Assembly: GCF_004010195.1 (NCBI RefSeq)
Contig: NC_057718.1
Span: 79,065,852 to 79,129,851, forward strand
DNA length: 64,000 nucleotides
Direction: 5' to 3'
Origin: Chiloscyllium plagiosum
Lineage: Eukaryota
Shown here piece after piece: positions 1 to 13,920 of this stretch. Numbering within the stretch: the first letter of the stretch is position 1; every line of letters begins with the position of its first letter. A program made the position numbers and the translations under genes. The notes under the pieces are model-generated. The model searched no databases, was not told where the DNA came from, and worked only from the letters and a program-made list of their open reading frames with translations.

Positions 1-210
1 GTTAGGGGCAGGTTCTTTACTCAGCGAGTCGTGAGTTCATGGAATGCCCTGCCAGTAGCAGTGGTGGACTCTCCATCATTATGGGCATTTAAGCGGGCAT
101 TGGATAGGCATATGGAGGATAGTGGTCTAGTGTAGGTTAGGTGGTCTTGGATAGGCGCAACATCGAGGGCCGAAGGGCCTGTACTGCGCTGTATTCTTCT
201 ATGTTCTATG
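1..210 (+). mobile_element. CR1-type LINE 3' end, young copy
   Basis: Typical CR1 3' end ggccgaagggcctgtactgcgctgtattcttctatgttctatg; many CpGs intact. Confidence 0.85.
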
Positions 211-386
211 ATTGTAAGGCTGGAAGAAGTTACCATAATAAGGAATGAATTGGGAACAAAGATGAGAATTTTAAAATTATTGGCTTTCTGTATTCTTCTA
301 TGTTCTATGATTGTAAGGCTGGAAGAAGTTACCATAATAAGGAATGAATTGGGAACAAAGATGAGAATTTTAAAATTATTGGCTTT
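189..386. repeat. Perfect 99-bp tandem duplication (189-287, 288-386)
   Basis: Direct reading; also explains the repeated peptides in ORFs 21..422 and 208..399. Confidence 0.95.
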
Positions 387-649
387 TCCCAAGCTATGAC
401 CAGTGTAAACCACCCCTGACATTGAGAGGTACTTAAATTGTTGAAACCTCCAACATGGATATCCCAGGTATCAGTATTGATTGGAATCTTAATTGGATTG
501 ACCACACACATACTAAGGATACAAGAATGGTTCAGACATGGCAGATTTAATGCAGGTAACTTGTTTCCTAACTCTTCCAAATATTTCCACTAGCTACAGG
601 ACACAAATCAGGAATATCAGTTACTTGGATGATTGTATTTTCTAACATC

Positions 650-1190
650 TTCGAAGCTCAACACCATCGAGGACAAAGTAGCCTACTTGATTGGAAACCC
701 ATCTACTACTTAACATTCGTTTCCTCAACCTGCAACTTCTGTACCACACATTCCATTTACAAATTGTACTACAGGTATTTGCCAAGGCTTCTTTTGTAAG
801 GTGTTAAACCTGTTACCCAATAGAGTCAGCAACTGTATTGGAATAGCACCAGCTGCAATTTCCTTCCCAGTCCTAATTGGAAATATATCACCATTCACAT
901 ATTGTCACTGGGTCAAAATCCTGGAACTCTTTCCTTTAACAGCACTGCAGTTGTACCTATACCACATGGTGTGCAGCTGTTTGAGAAGATGGCTTATAAA
1001 CGTTTTTTTTTCTTTTTTTCACAGTCAAAAGGAGAGACCTTGCACACACACAGACACTGGTCCAGCTCCTGTTTTTTTTTCTTCCCTTTTTACCCCCACA
1101 CTACCACCTAACTGCAATAGTGCTTATCATAAACATCTTTGGGGTCATTGAGGATGGACAATAACAGTCTATTCAATGAATCAATAAATA
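650..1190 (+). mobile_element. Decayed 3' part of a CR1/L2-clade LINE
   Basis: Similar to the reverse complement of 38945-39400 (ctgggtcaaaatcctggaact, aacaccatcgaggacaaagtagcc). Confidence 0.6.
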
Positions 1191-3151
1191 AAGCAATTGG
1201 GCACTGTTAGAGGTTCAAATCAAGGTGATGGCAATTAGGTTTTATCATATTGTTAAAGTTAATTGACATAGAACTTTTGTTAGGATAATCTACTACCAGT
1301 CAGTCAGAGTCCAAGACTTAAAATTACTGTCATCATTGTGCACTCTGTGCAAAATATGACATAAATTGACATTGAGTTAAGCAAAAATTCTTGGTATTGA
1401 TGTTGAAAGATCTTGCATGAAAATGTGTTGAGAACAAACATCTTTATTCCACTCGTGTCATATATCATATTTGCTAATGCCAACTAATGTTGATGGGATA
1501 ATATTGATGTTTGCTTTGTTATTTGCAGCATTTGGTAGTGTCTTTTTGTTCTATTGTGTACTTTTGGCTACAGGGACTTCAGGACTGATAAAAGATTGTC
1601 GATCTTTAACAGTAACTTTACTTTTCTGTCCCCAGATGTTGTTTGATTTGCTGAATAATGCCAGCATTTTCTGTCCTTGCTTGGAAAACCACTTTGCTGG
1701 ATATCTTCTCTTAGACTGGGAGAGTTCATGATTGTTACTTCATAGCAGAGATACAGCTTTGAACAATTATTTGTTTTTAGAAGATCGCACATTGCATTTG
1801 ACAATTTAGATAAACTTAAGGCTAATTCAAAAGGCATTTATAGAGTTAGATTTTGGATCATCCCTGAACTTTCCTGGTTGTAGTGAATTTTAATTGTTTT
1901 GGTTTCACCAGACATTCTGTGTCATAAGGAAAAAATGCAAGTTGTCAGAACTTGTCTTTAATTAACTAGAACTTTTTAAAATGAAATGAACTGGGTGTTT
2001 TGCTGAATATAGCTGCAATGTTAACTGCAAATGTAATAAACAGCCCACGGAAGTCAGTTTCTTGAAGACATGGAAACAGATCTATTAGTGACAGTAGTCC
2101 AGCTAGATAGTAATAAAGTAGAAGGGGTAATGGGAAAGGTAGGTGAGGGTGAGCAGGGAGAGAGCAGGAACTACTGTGTGGCTTTGCGGGGGAGGAGAGT
2201 CATTGAGAAGAGCAGTGGTGGACAAGGAAGAAATAGGATGGCATCAGATGAATTAGATGCAGAGATGAGTAGTTGGGTTTAGAGAGTGTCTAGAATTATA
2301 TGAACTGGGAAGGCTGGGGAAAGGGGTTTTTGATATTGCAACTGTGAACTGATTCTAATGGCATTCAAAAAGTGTGGAGCTGGAAAAGCACAGCAGGTCA
2401 TGCAGCATCTGAGGAGCAGCAGAATTGATGTTTCGGGCATAAGCCTTTTCACCAGGCATGATTCTCATGGCAGCTAGGGTATTTTGTTGATTGGGGTGGT
2501 GACTGAAGTGACACATTGATGGCCTAATTGGTATCTTGTAGATTTTTTGGTATAAAAATGTATCATAAAATGTGAAATAACTTAAATTCTAGTTTAAAAT
2601 TTTATATGTAAAGATTCTAATTTTGTTGAGGAAGCACACACAACAACTTTGCCACTAATTTTATCCCTTTTAGATTTAGTGTTTTTCTTCAGTGTAAGTA
2701 AGTGGGGAATTCCTATAACATAGGTTACAATATAAATGCAATGACTTTTATTTTCCTTCCATTTGGAAAATAATCTGGACAAAGGCAAACTGTTGTTAAA
2801 TTATTGCTTGAATTTGCATAAATCTACATGTTGCTGCTTCACAGAGAAGGGAGAATTGATAAATCTGGGGTAATAGTTAAACAGGCACACTGGCAGATAC
2901 CATTTGTAGGCCATCTTGTGGTGTAGTGGAGGTGGCCCTCCTTCTGGGTCAGGAGGTCTTAATTCCAGTCCTAGCTGCCACAGAGATGTACTGTAACAGG
3001 TCTCAAGAGGTTGGCTGAAGTTCTTAAAAGCTATTTTGTAACTGGTCAGACCTTGTCCACTGATTTCGTATGTCAGAACTGAAGGTACGACCAGGTTCAC
3101 TCCATTGTTACAGCAGTTATAAAGTTACAGTCTCTTTTGTTTATATTACAG

Positions 3152-3397
3152 TTCTCAGCTGTTCCGGAGCCTTTGAGCTGCCATGACTATCTTCCTGAAT
3201 TGTCTCACATGTCTTCCTGCACAGAGCAGAAAGGCAGTACTGTGTCCTGGGAACAGCTGGAGGCCATGGAACTCCCATCTTTCCAGCCTGCCTACTTGGT
3301 TTTATGTCGTGTTCTCCTCAATGTTATTCATGAATGCTTGAAACTGAGGTTGGAGCAGAGACCTGCAGGAGAGCCATCATTGCTCAGCATTAAACAG
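3152..3397 (+). CDS. MAP3K4: MAP3K4 internal coding exon (window exon 1; FSAVPEP...LSIKQ), phase 0-0
   Basis: ttacag|TTC acceptor and CAG|gtagcc donor; 246 nt. Encodes SWEQLEAMELPSFQPAYLVLCRVLLNVIHECLKLRLEQRPAGEPSLLSIKQ, recognised as MEKK4. Confidence 0.95.
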
Positions 3398-4044
3398 GTA
3401 GCCTGCCAAAATAATCTGTAACATGGAGTAGAAGTTTAAATTTGTGTCTGTTTTCATCATTCTCTTGGAATTTGTGATGTGATTTCACATGTTTATTTTT
3501 TTGTCGTTTAATGTACAAACTTCTGTAGAAAGTTCACTTTCTTTTTAGAGCTATTGATATTTTCTGTACTTTTATAGAAAACATTTTTTGCATGTAAACT
3601 AATGCTTCTTGTCACAAGAGTAGAACTGCATACATATGTGTGATTAGTTCAAATAAGTTACAATAAATGAAACTATTGTCTTTAAGCTGTGCTGTAAATA
3701 TTTTGGATTAATAATCTTAATCGTTTCACTATGAACTGTGTATTTTGTGTCTTGATTTAGTACTTTTTTTTTCTATCATAAATCTGGGGAAAATCTATTG
3801 GAATGGTGTATCTTGTACTTTGTCATTAGACTTAAACGCTTCCTTTCAAATTGCTTTTTGGGCTGTTTAACACTGGAAGTATGAACTGATAATGATCCAG
3901 GAAGGGCAGCAGGGATCTTGGGACCTTGATGAATGATGAAAAGATTGAAAACATTTCTCCAATGTGATTTTAAAGAATGAAAAACAAATCGGAGTGATAG
4001 AGATGGTGTATGAATATTGAAGTAGATAAATTAAGAATCAAATC

Positions 4045-4550
4045 AGTCGCCCTGTTATAGGAAGGATGTTATCAAGCTAGATGGGGTTTGGAAGAGATTC
4101 ACCAAGATGTTGCTGTGTATGGAAGGTTTGAGTTATAAAGAAAGGCTGGATAGTCTTTGACTTTTTTCACTGGAGCATAGAACGTTGAGAGGTGACTTTA
4201 TAGAGATTTATAAAATCATGAAAGTGAGGTTTAATGGTAGGTGTTTTTTCCCTCGGGTGAGGGATTTCAAGATTATGGAGCATACTTTTAAGGTGAGAGG
4301 AGAGTGATTGATTTTTAAAAAGAGATGTGAGGGGCAAATTTTGGTTCGCGTGAGGAAAGAACTTCCTGATGAAATGGTGGATACGAGCACAGTTATGATG
4401 TTTAAAAGACAGTTGGAAATGTACATGAATTGAAAATGTTTGGTGGGATTTGGACTAGGAGCAGGCAGGTGGGACTAGTTTAGTTTGGGATTATGTTCAG
4501 CATGGACTGGTTGGACCGAAGAGTGTGTTTCTATACTGTATGACTCTGTA
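4045..4550 (+). mobile_element. CR1 LINE 3' fragment
   Basis: ORF2 C-terminal remnant (LRGDFIEIYKIM) followed by a 3' UTR ending ctgtatgactct. Confidence 0.85.
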
Positions 4551-5841
4551 AAAGAGAAATAGAAAGGAAAGAGGATTGGATTAGGAGAGAAATATGCAAA
4601 AAGAGAAAGGAAAACAAAATACATTTTAAAACATCTTTTAAAGAACAATTTGTTGTCTCCTTTTTGCGCCACAGAGCTCGATCTAAGCCATAGTGATCAT
4701 TGTGTTATTGAAAGAGAACTGTCGAGATCTAGCTCAAACTTTCTGCATTGAATTGGATGTACAGTTATATCCAAATAAAAGGCAAGCTGTCAAAAAGGAT
4801 AGAGAAACCTCAAGTAACAGTGTTGCTTGCTTTAGACAGCGTAGTATGAATCGACTAATATCTTCTGGATATCTGCAACTCATGGTATATCTCCTCCAGA
4901 ATCTTTTGACGGATATGTGCAATAATAACATTAATGCATCGTTTTCCCAAGATTTGGTTTGTGTTTTTATACAAATCTTGTTGATCGAAAGTTGTTTTCA
5001 ATGTTGTTCAGTTACAGTAAAGAAATTAGATATTTTGAGCAGCTAGTGTGCTGAGGTTATATTGGAAACTAATAGTTTTGTAAATGAAGCTGCTTTTAAC
5101 AGGCAAGAATACTTTATTCTACCTTATGATCAGTTCTCAGATGGCAATCACAGGGCTTTGACTGTCAGTAATATTCTAGAAAGCAATGTGCTGTTGATAT
5201 TGAATTCCTAAGACATCCATTATTGGCTCCTCCAGTACTCACCCGATATTAAAAGATGTTTTTAAAAATAAGGTGCTGCAACTCAACAGGTCTGGCAGCA
5301 TCTATGTAGAGGGAAAGGTTTTCTCTCTCTCCACAGATGCCGTCAGGCCTGCTGAGTTTTTCCAATGCTCTGCTTTTATTTCAGATGTCAAGCATCTGCA
5401 ACATATTAGTTTTTTTTCCACCAATTTTGTTTCTTCCTGCCCTCTTGTTGAAATATCATTTCATGGATGCCAGTTTTCCTTTGGCTCCTTGCTCAAGTGA
5501 CAACACTCATAAGGTTTTAATAAGGGAGATTTGATGGCCAAGCTAATCCTGGTGTCACTTGACATTTATACAGCAAGCAGGAGTCTCTTTTTAATGATCA
5601 GAGTTTGATGCCCTGATTGATATTACCTACTTTTAGTATGAATTACGGTGCCCTAAAATCAACTTGCCTGAAATCAGCTAATTCAGAATAGCGCAAAAAA
5701 CCCATTTTCATGTTGCCTCAAATGGAAATTTAAAGCCAGTAATTGCGTATTACATGCTGACTTTGCCAAACGACTCTTATGTATTTGGCCTTATCAGTAA
5801 ATGTTTCAAAATTCTGCATATAATGGTTATTTGTATTACAG

Positions 5842-5997
5842 TTAGTCAGAGAGTGCAAGGAAGTACTGAAGGGTGGCCTACTTATGAAACAGTATTATCA
5901 GTTCATGCTGCATGGGATCATGGATGAATTCCAGCGACAGCAGAAGGTTAACAGCAATATTGATGAATTTGAGGAAGATCTACATAAAATGTTGATT
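5842..5997 (+). CDS. MAP3K4: MAP3K4 coding exon (LVRECKEVLKGGLLMKQYYQFML...EEDLHKMLI), phase 0-0
   Basis: ttacag|TTA and ATT|gtgagt; 156 nt, hand-translated; not in the ORF track. Confidence 0.95.
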
Positions 5998-6769
5998 GTG
6001 AGTATATAGGTAATGATCTTGATAAATAATGAATTGAACTCTGGGTTTTTTGCTTGGATTTGGCACTGGAATGTTTTAATAACCTGACCAAAAAAATACT
6101 CAAGTGCATTGTTACTGTTGTGATGTCTGAAAATGGGGCCGGTGATGACAGCAACAAAGAAACTGGCTAACTCAGTTTAAATTTATTTTAATGCATTTTG
6201 ATTAATGATGTAAATTGTAATCTTATTTATAAAGAGTTTGCATGAGTACCATGTCAAACTGTTCCTTCCATCAATTCTTTTCCTTTCTAAAGGTTTCATA
6301 AGTTTCTACTTGACTTCAAGCTATACATTGTTAATGTAATTAAGTATCTAGCTTTTATGACTGCGTAGAATTAAATTTATAATAGTGATTTATGTACATT
6401 TTGATCTACAATTACTGGTATGGTTTTTGTCAAATGAATTATAAATACCTAAATTATTAGAAATAGCATAACACCACCTTTCTACATCATGACCTTTCTG
6501 TGCTTCCATTAAAATCATTACAATTTTGTAGTATAAAATCTAATCTAGTGAAATAGCATTACTTGACTGAACTATGAGCTGCTTAAAATGGAACACATTT
6601 AAAAGGAAGATAATTTGCAAGTTACGTAAAAACAAAATTTTTTGCCACCTGTCCTGAACTATCAAGTTTTGAGAACAAAGCCGTTTGGTATTTAATCTAA
6701 TTTTATTAAATGCTGCGCACACTATTTTAGTGCTCTGAATTCAGTTTGATAATTCTCACTCTCCTCCTG

Positions 6770-6950
6770 CCCACTTCCTCCACTTCTATGTCTGTCTTTC
6801 TCTTCCTCCCTGTGTGTGTGTGTGTGTGTCTGTGTCTTTGTGTCTCTCTCTCTCTCATACACACGCACATATCTCTGTCTCCCCAACTCCTCCCCTCTGC
6901 GTGTCTCTTTTCTTGCTCTCTCGCTCTCACTCTCTCGCTGTGTGTGTGCG
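6770..6950. repeat. Compound (TG)n/(TC)n low-complexity microsatellite
   Basis: Direct reading; the source of several spurious ORFs. Confidence 0.9.
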
Positions 6951-8300
6951 CCTTGAAATGGCTACCTTACTGTTTGCACTCTTAAACTTTTATCTGCGCT
7001 TAGTCTTTTCAGCAAGATTCATAATGATTAGGAACTGATTAACCACACCAAGCCTTCCCTCACATATCTTGTAGCCTGGGAATAATGAGGTCTGTAACAC
7101 TTCTACATTTATCCTGGCTCAGTCCAAATAATGGAGGACAGATGGATGGATAAAAATTTAGGTCCTTTGTGATCCGTGTTGTGGTAGTCATTTTGGTTTC
7201 TGGAGATGTGTAGGAACACTCCTAGTTTTTCTGCCCTTGTCCTCTCAAGTGCATGGCCAAGAAAGCAAGCAAACAACAACCTGTTCCAGCCTTGAGCGTA
7301 AAAGATACACTGATGTCTTATTTGACCTTATGTTGCGCTTCAGACGTCTAAGCTGCTCCATCATCTGTTCCTACTTCCTCCTCCTCGACTTTGACCAGTT
7401 CCTACTCACGCTGCCCTCCATGGTGTGGTTAACACTAGGCTTGATAATTGAAATGTTTTCCTTGCTAGCTTCTGCTAACTTGAATTCATATTAACGTTAT
7501 AACAAGTACTTAAACCATACTTTGTGGCTGTACTGATTCCTGATTTGGCAGTAATTTTGATTTATTTTCAAATCCCCCCCATTATCCCAAGTGTCCATTC
7601 ATCCCTCCAACTCTCCAAGATGTCTATGCTCCTCTGACTCTGACTTTCTGCACCTCATTGATTTTAATCACTATGCAATTGACAACTACACCTTCAGCTG
7701 TTTGGACTCTGGAATTCCGTCCCTAGATGACTACTTCTCTATCCCTCAGCTTTTTAAGATTCCCTTTAAAATCTTCTTTATTGAAGTTTGTGTTCTAATA
7801 TTTCCTTGTGTTCAGTTATTATAAATGTAAAGTTATTATATAAATGCATGTAACTGTGTGATGACATGACTTGCCTTTAAGCACATCCCCTCCTCCCTTT
7901 AATCCCTACTGTGGTGGCATGCATTATGGTGGAGTTGTGTTTTTGAGCAAATGTTCTTCTCCATGATACAGCAGTTCTGTTCCAAGATTTATCGGGGTTA
8001 GTGTGTATTTGTAACTTCTGTCTTCTCCTTTAATAACTTACTATAACATGGGTCTTTCAGCTGTTTATTTCACAGTGTCTACATTAGCTGTGTATACATA
8101 GCTTGAAGCTAGTAATTATATTGGTGTATAGTTCTATTGCAGCAAAAGTGTTCCTACATGGACTACCACCTGGAGCAGATGGAAGGATGAGTGCACTGGT
8201 CCAAAGTGCTAAAATACGCATTGCAAAGTTCGGATAGTCTGCTTTTTTGTTTCAGAACTTTTTTTTCCAATGCTGTGTAATATTTCCTTGGTCATTACAG

Positions 8301-8458
8301 GTTTATTTTGATTATATGCGGAGTTGGATACAGATGCTGCAGCATTTACCCCAAGCTTCTCACAGTCTGAAGAACCTTCTTGAAATAGAATGGAACTTTA
8401 CCAAAGAAATAACCCCCTGCATAAGAGGAGGAGAGGCCCAAGCAGGCAAACTCTTCTG
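8301..8458 (+). CDS. MAP3K4: MAP3K4 coding exon (VYFDYMRSWIQMLQ...AQAGKLF), phase 0-2
   Basis: ttacag|GTT and TG|gtagga; 158 nt; inside ORF 8247..8462. Confidence 0.95.
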
Positions 8459-9007
8459 GTAGGACCTTTGTTATTATAATTACTGTAAAAACAGTTCTTT
8501 TTACAAGTTATCTAGTTGACAGCTGAATAGACGGCAGAGCAAAATTCTTATATTTTAAGGTTTTTAATCCAGACTAAAAGCGCTATTGACTAAACATTAT
8601 TATTTTAGGGGACTTAGACTTTAGTGACAATAGAATTTTCCACTCTTTCTTTTACTTTTTACTTTTATTTTTAACAGAACCAAAAATTCCACTTCATAAG
8701 TACATTTTGCACTGTCCATAAAGCAGTAATGCCCCTTCAATTTTCCAACACCCACTCCAAAAAATTTTTTTTCACTCTCCTGAGGGTTTAATTCCATTCT
8801 TTTTCTTTCCTAGCCTAGTAACTTTTAACCCTCGAGCTGCCTTCAGTGGTAAGGGTTTTTTTTAAACCAGAGGTTTTTTGTCCAGCACAAGTCTTCCATT
8901 CTTTTTTCAAATCCTCATGAACTTGAATTGAATATAAGCTTCAAACCACATACTTATGTTACCCAGTTGGAACTGGGATTCCTTGAGGTTCAGTGTTCTA
9001 AGAGTTG

Positions 9008-9345
9008 CATAGAATCCTTATATTGTGGAAAGAGGTCATTCAGTTTTCAAAGTCCACACCGACCCGCTGAAGAGCAACCCACCCATACCCAGCCCCCTGT
9101 CCTATCTCTGTAACCCTGCATTTACTATGGCATATCCACTTAGCTTGCACTACAGACAATTTAGACATGCCAATCCACCTAACCTGCACATCTTTAGACT
9201 GTGGGAAGAAAGCAGCAACTGGCTGTAACCCATGCATACGTGGAGAGAATGTGCAAATTCCTCACAGACAGTCGCCCAAGAGTGGAATTGAACCTGGGTC
9301 ACTGACCCTGAGAGGGAACAGTGCTAACCATTGAACCACTGTGCA
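9008..9345 (-). mobile_element. HE1-like (V-SINE) tRNA-derived SINE
   Basis: Reverse complement of the 49286-49604 family; tail catagaatcc and head gtgctaaccattgaaccactgtgc. Confidence 0.85.
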
Positions 9346-11459
9346 CCCTGAACGTCCTTGAACTTTGTCCTTATCAAAGGAACCTAACTCCACAAAGTTT
9401 ATGCTTGCGGGGAGATGTTGAACTGGTCACCCTTGCAATCAGAAACAACTAAGCTGCTCATGTTAAAGCATTTTGAATATCCTTCTCCCTCCCCTTTCCC
9501 TATGCCTTAACCCAAGGTAGTTGACTTCAAACATACCTCTACCTCAGAACCTTTAGATGGGAGACTTACTATATTCTCCACTGACCCAATATCTATCACA
9601 TTTATGTGACTTTTTGGTGCTCATTGAAAGTAAAATTGTAATCCGAAAATGTTGTGGTATTTCACTCATGAGCATTTATAATTGACAAATCAAATGGCAT
9701 GTTGTTTACAACAATACAGTTTTCTCCACGTGAGGTATTCCATGAATCACTCCCAATATGCAGTTTTGTCCTTATCAAGATTAATTAAAGACTTCAGATA
9801 ATGCACCCCTAGGCAGCAGTGACCACAAAATGAAATACTTTTACATCCAGTCTTAAAGATTGGGTCTACGAATAGTAGAGTAAACATAAGTAAGAGCACC
9901 TATGTGGATGTGAAAGCTGAGCTTGAAGTGAACTGACATGTTAGGCTAGGAGATAGATCAGTAGAGACGTACCGACAGACTTTTGAGGGGATATTTCAGA
10001 ATAAGTATATTCCCACCATGAAGAAAAACTCTAAAGGGAGTACCCACTGTCTGTGGTTAACTAAAAAGTTAGGGAAGCATATAACTGTCCAAAGGTGAGT
10101 TTCATGTCAGATGATTGGTCAGAATATAAAGTACATAAATAGCAGAAAAGAGAAAAATAGAGTATGAGAGGTGTTAGATTCCAGCCAGAAACCCAATTTA
10201 ATAGATCATAATTTTGTTTTAGTTTTAGCAAAATGGTGTGTCATTGAAACACGAACACACACTGCTGCAGATTTAGAAGTTTAAACACACAGTAAAAATA
10301 AGAAACAATCTAAAACAGAAATTACCGGAGAAACTCGGCAGATCTGAAGAAGGGCCATTCGAGGTGTTAACTACTTTCCACACACTGTACCAGATCTGCT
10401 GAGGTTCTCCAGTAATTTTGTTTTTTGTTGTTTCAGCCCATCAGCATCCATAGTTCTTTACTTTCTTTCAGTAAAAGTATGATCCCATTAACCCCAAAGC
10501 ACTCCTTTCAGAAATTAACAAGAAACAGAATAGATTTGGTGTAGTACCCAAAACACCATTTGTGTAATACTCTTGCCAGTATCTCTGTATCAAACGCTTG
10601 GATCATTTTAAGTCACATGTGCTGTTAAATTAACAATTGTGGCAGCTTCCTCCTTGTGCTGCCATTCACTGCACTTTGCTTAAATGACAACTTTTTAGGT
10701 CTTTATCTTATCTGGAATCAACACTCAGTTTTTTCACTAAGGACCTCATCTACATTATTCTACTCTTCAGAGCAATGTCATGAACAGCCATTCCGGGGTT
10801 TTCACAGGACTAAAAGACACTTCCAGTAGTTAAAGATGAAAATAAATACCTGTGTTATGGGTGTTTTCCTTAAGCTGAAGACAAAAACGCAGATTCTAAA
10901 ACATCTCTTTAGAGGCGCTGTTGTTTACCATGCTGAGTCACAAACAATGTAAAATAAATAAGTCCATCAGTACTATTGACTTCTGACACACACAACCCAC
11001 TGGTTACAAACAAAAAACAAGTCAAACTCACCCCAAATATCATTACAATGATACAAATCCAAAGTTTACATCCTAGAGGAAGCCGGTAAGAGCTTCTGGT
11101 TTTTGTAAAGAAGATGAGTGAGTTAAGTGAGTACTAACTTTCTGGAGAGTAAGATTTGTGAATTAATGGTAGATAACTGGTAGAGAAATCGAGGGTGGTG
11201 GGGAAAAGGTAAGAAAGTTGACATGATGAATTTTGGATTAGCTGTGATCCTATTGAATGGTGGTGCAAATGCGAGGGGCTGAGTGGCCTACCCTGGTTCT
11301 ATTTCTTGTGGCCTTATATTAACGAAATGGCAGATGAAATGAACAAGTATTATGATGCTTTCCAGTACTAGCTGTAAATAAGAAGGTGGAAAGGAGAGGG
11401 GACGGAGTTAAATTACAGTCACCCGGGAAGTGGTACCAAATAAACATACGGAGCTCGAG

Positions 11460-13420
11460 CTATTAAGTCTCTGGATCCAGGCACACTTCAACTTAGTGTT
11501 TTAAAAGAAGTGGTTAATGAGGCAGTAGCTGCATTAGTATTAACTTTCCAAAATTCCAAAGGTTCAAGAAAAGCTCCATCGGACTGGAAAGTAGCAAATA
11601 TAATTTTGTATTCAAGAAAGGAGGTGGCGTAAAACACAAATCTATATTCTAGTTGTGGGGAAAGTAGTAAAAGCAATCTTAAAAGAGGTTATGTCTGCAC
11701 ACTTTTTAAAAAAAAACTCTATGTAATCAGGAAGAATCAGCATGATTTTGCCAAAGAGATATCCTGTAAAATCAATTCATTGTAGGACTACCATGTGCTA
11801 GTTGGGTTTCAAGAAGGCCTTTGATAAGGAGACACCAAAGGTTATTGCAGAAAATAAAAGCCATTTTATATAAGGGTAACTTTTTAACATGGATAGAATA
11901 TTAGCTGGCTGGCAGAAACCTGAACATGCATAAATGGGTCTTTGACAGGATGTGATGATTGGAGTTCCGTAGGGTCTGTGCTGATGCTTCTGCATTTTAC
12001 AATTTTCATCATTGGCTTAGATGAGGGGATTGAACACCATGGTAGATAATTTCACAAACGACACCAAGAAAAGTAGGAAAGTATGTTGTAGATAAGGTGT
12101 AAGGAGGTTGCAGGTGGCTACAGATAGGTTCAGTTGAAAAGTGTGGCACTGGAAAAGCCTGCAGGTCAGGCAGCATCCAAGGAGCAGGAATGTTGATATT
12201 TTGGGCATAAGCCCCTCATTAGGAAGGGGTGGGGCGGTGGGGGGGTTGTTAGCAGTGATGCCGTGTGGTTTGAGGGTCGCAAGGCAGAAGATTAGGTGTT
12301 TTTCCTCCACTCGTCAAGTGGATTTGTCGGTGGGGGAGGCCCAGGACTTGCTTGTCCTTGGCAGAGTGGGAGGGGGAGTTGAAGTGGTCGGCCACAGGGT
12401 GGTGGGATTGTTAATGTGTGTCCCAGAGATGTTTCCTGAAACGTACTGTGAGTTGCCACCCTGTCTCCCCAGAGATTAATGTGTACAGTAGATGAGTTGT
12501 TTGGATATCAGGAAAATATCTGTTGGATATGAAAGGGTCCTTTGGGGCTTTGCACTGAGGTGAAGGGGTCCGCCTTGGGACCCTCCAACCACAGGGCATT
12601 AATGTTGATTTCACCAGTTTCCTTATCTCCCTCCCCTGACCTCATCCCAGATCCAACCCTCCAACTCAGCACTGCCTCCTTTAACTGTCCTACCTGTTGT
12701 TTACATCGGCAGAAATGAAAAATCAGAGTATTACTGAAATGGAGAATGACTGCAGAATTTTGAGGCACTGTACTTAGTTGTTTTAGTGCACATGACAAAG
12801 GTTAGTATGCAGTTACAGCACTTAATCACAAAGGCAAATGTGATGCTAGGCTTTAGTACAAGAGAAATTGAACATTTTAAAAAAAGTTATGCTTCAGTTA
12901 TACAGGGCAATGACGAAACCACATTTTATAAGGAAAGATGTAACTGCATTGGAGGTGGTTCAGAGAAGGTTCACTAGATTGAAATGTGAAATGAATGGGC
13001 TGTGTAATGAGGACAGGTTGGACAGGCTGTGCTTGTTTCCACCGGAGTTTAGAAGAGAGGGATCACTTGATTGAAGTGATATAAGATTCTGAAATGTCTT
13101 GGCAAACTGGACGTGGAAAGGATGTTTACTCGTGGTGAATTTAGCACTAGTGGAAGCTCATAAAATGAAGAGTTGTCCTTCGAGGACAGAATTTCCTTTC
13201 AAAGGGTCCTGTGATTTGTGGACACTGCCTCCAAAGGCAATGGAGGTTAGATGATTAAATATTTTTAAGGCAGAAATAGATTCTTTGTAGGCAACAAATA
13301 AGAGATTATCGAGGTAGATGGGAATGCAAAATTTGAAACACAAACAGATCAGCCATTATCTTATTGAATGGCACTTGAGGGGTCGAAGGGTGTACTTCTG
13401 CTCCTATTTTGTATTTTCTA
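11460..13420 (+). mobile_element. Decayed CR1 RT region interrupted by a Penelope-like fragment (about 12135-12695)
   Basis: FKKAFDK- and F(A)DDTK-like motifs and a CR1 3' end near 13400. The insert starts ctggaaaagcctgcaggtcaggcagcatcc. Confidence 0.7.
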
Positions 13421-13547
13421 TCTCCTGGTTCATATGATGTACTTAAGTAACACTCTAATTTATTTTCTAATAATTAAAGGGCTTTTTGACTCATAAACAT
13501 GCTGTGTATCTGGAGCAGTATTTAGCAAATGTTTTGCCAATGAAATC

Positions 13548-13920
13548 CATAGAATTCCTACAGTGTGGAATTAGGCCATTCAGCTCAATGAGTCAACACT
13601 GACCCTCCGAAGAGCATCCCACTCAGACCCATCTTCCTACCCTTACCCTGTAACCTTGCATCTCCCATGGCTAACACACCTACTCATCCCTGAACATTAT
13701 GGGTAATTTAGCATAACCAGTCAACCTAATATCAAAATTGGAGTGGTCAACGTAATGTGCACATTTTTGGACTATGTGAGCGAACTGGAGCACCTGGCAG
13801 AATCCCAAGCAGACATGGGCAGAACATGTAAACTACATACAGACAGTCACCCCAGGGTGGAATCTAATCTGGGTTCCTGGCACTGTGAAGCAGTAGTGCT
13901 AACCATTGAGCCACAATCTG
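13548..13920 (-). mobile_element. HE1-like SINE
   Basis: Same family as 9008-9345 (catagaattcctacagtgtggaa ... gtgctaaccattgagccac). Confidence 0.85.

Noticed and set aside
21..422. 133-aa and 63-aa ORFs with internal peptide repeats
   Set aside because: They result from the in-frame 99-bp duplication and antisense CR1 sequence; no gene evidence.
6727..7038. Overlapping ORFs rich in C/V/L/S or R/E/H/T
   Set aside because: Translations of microsatellite sequence.
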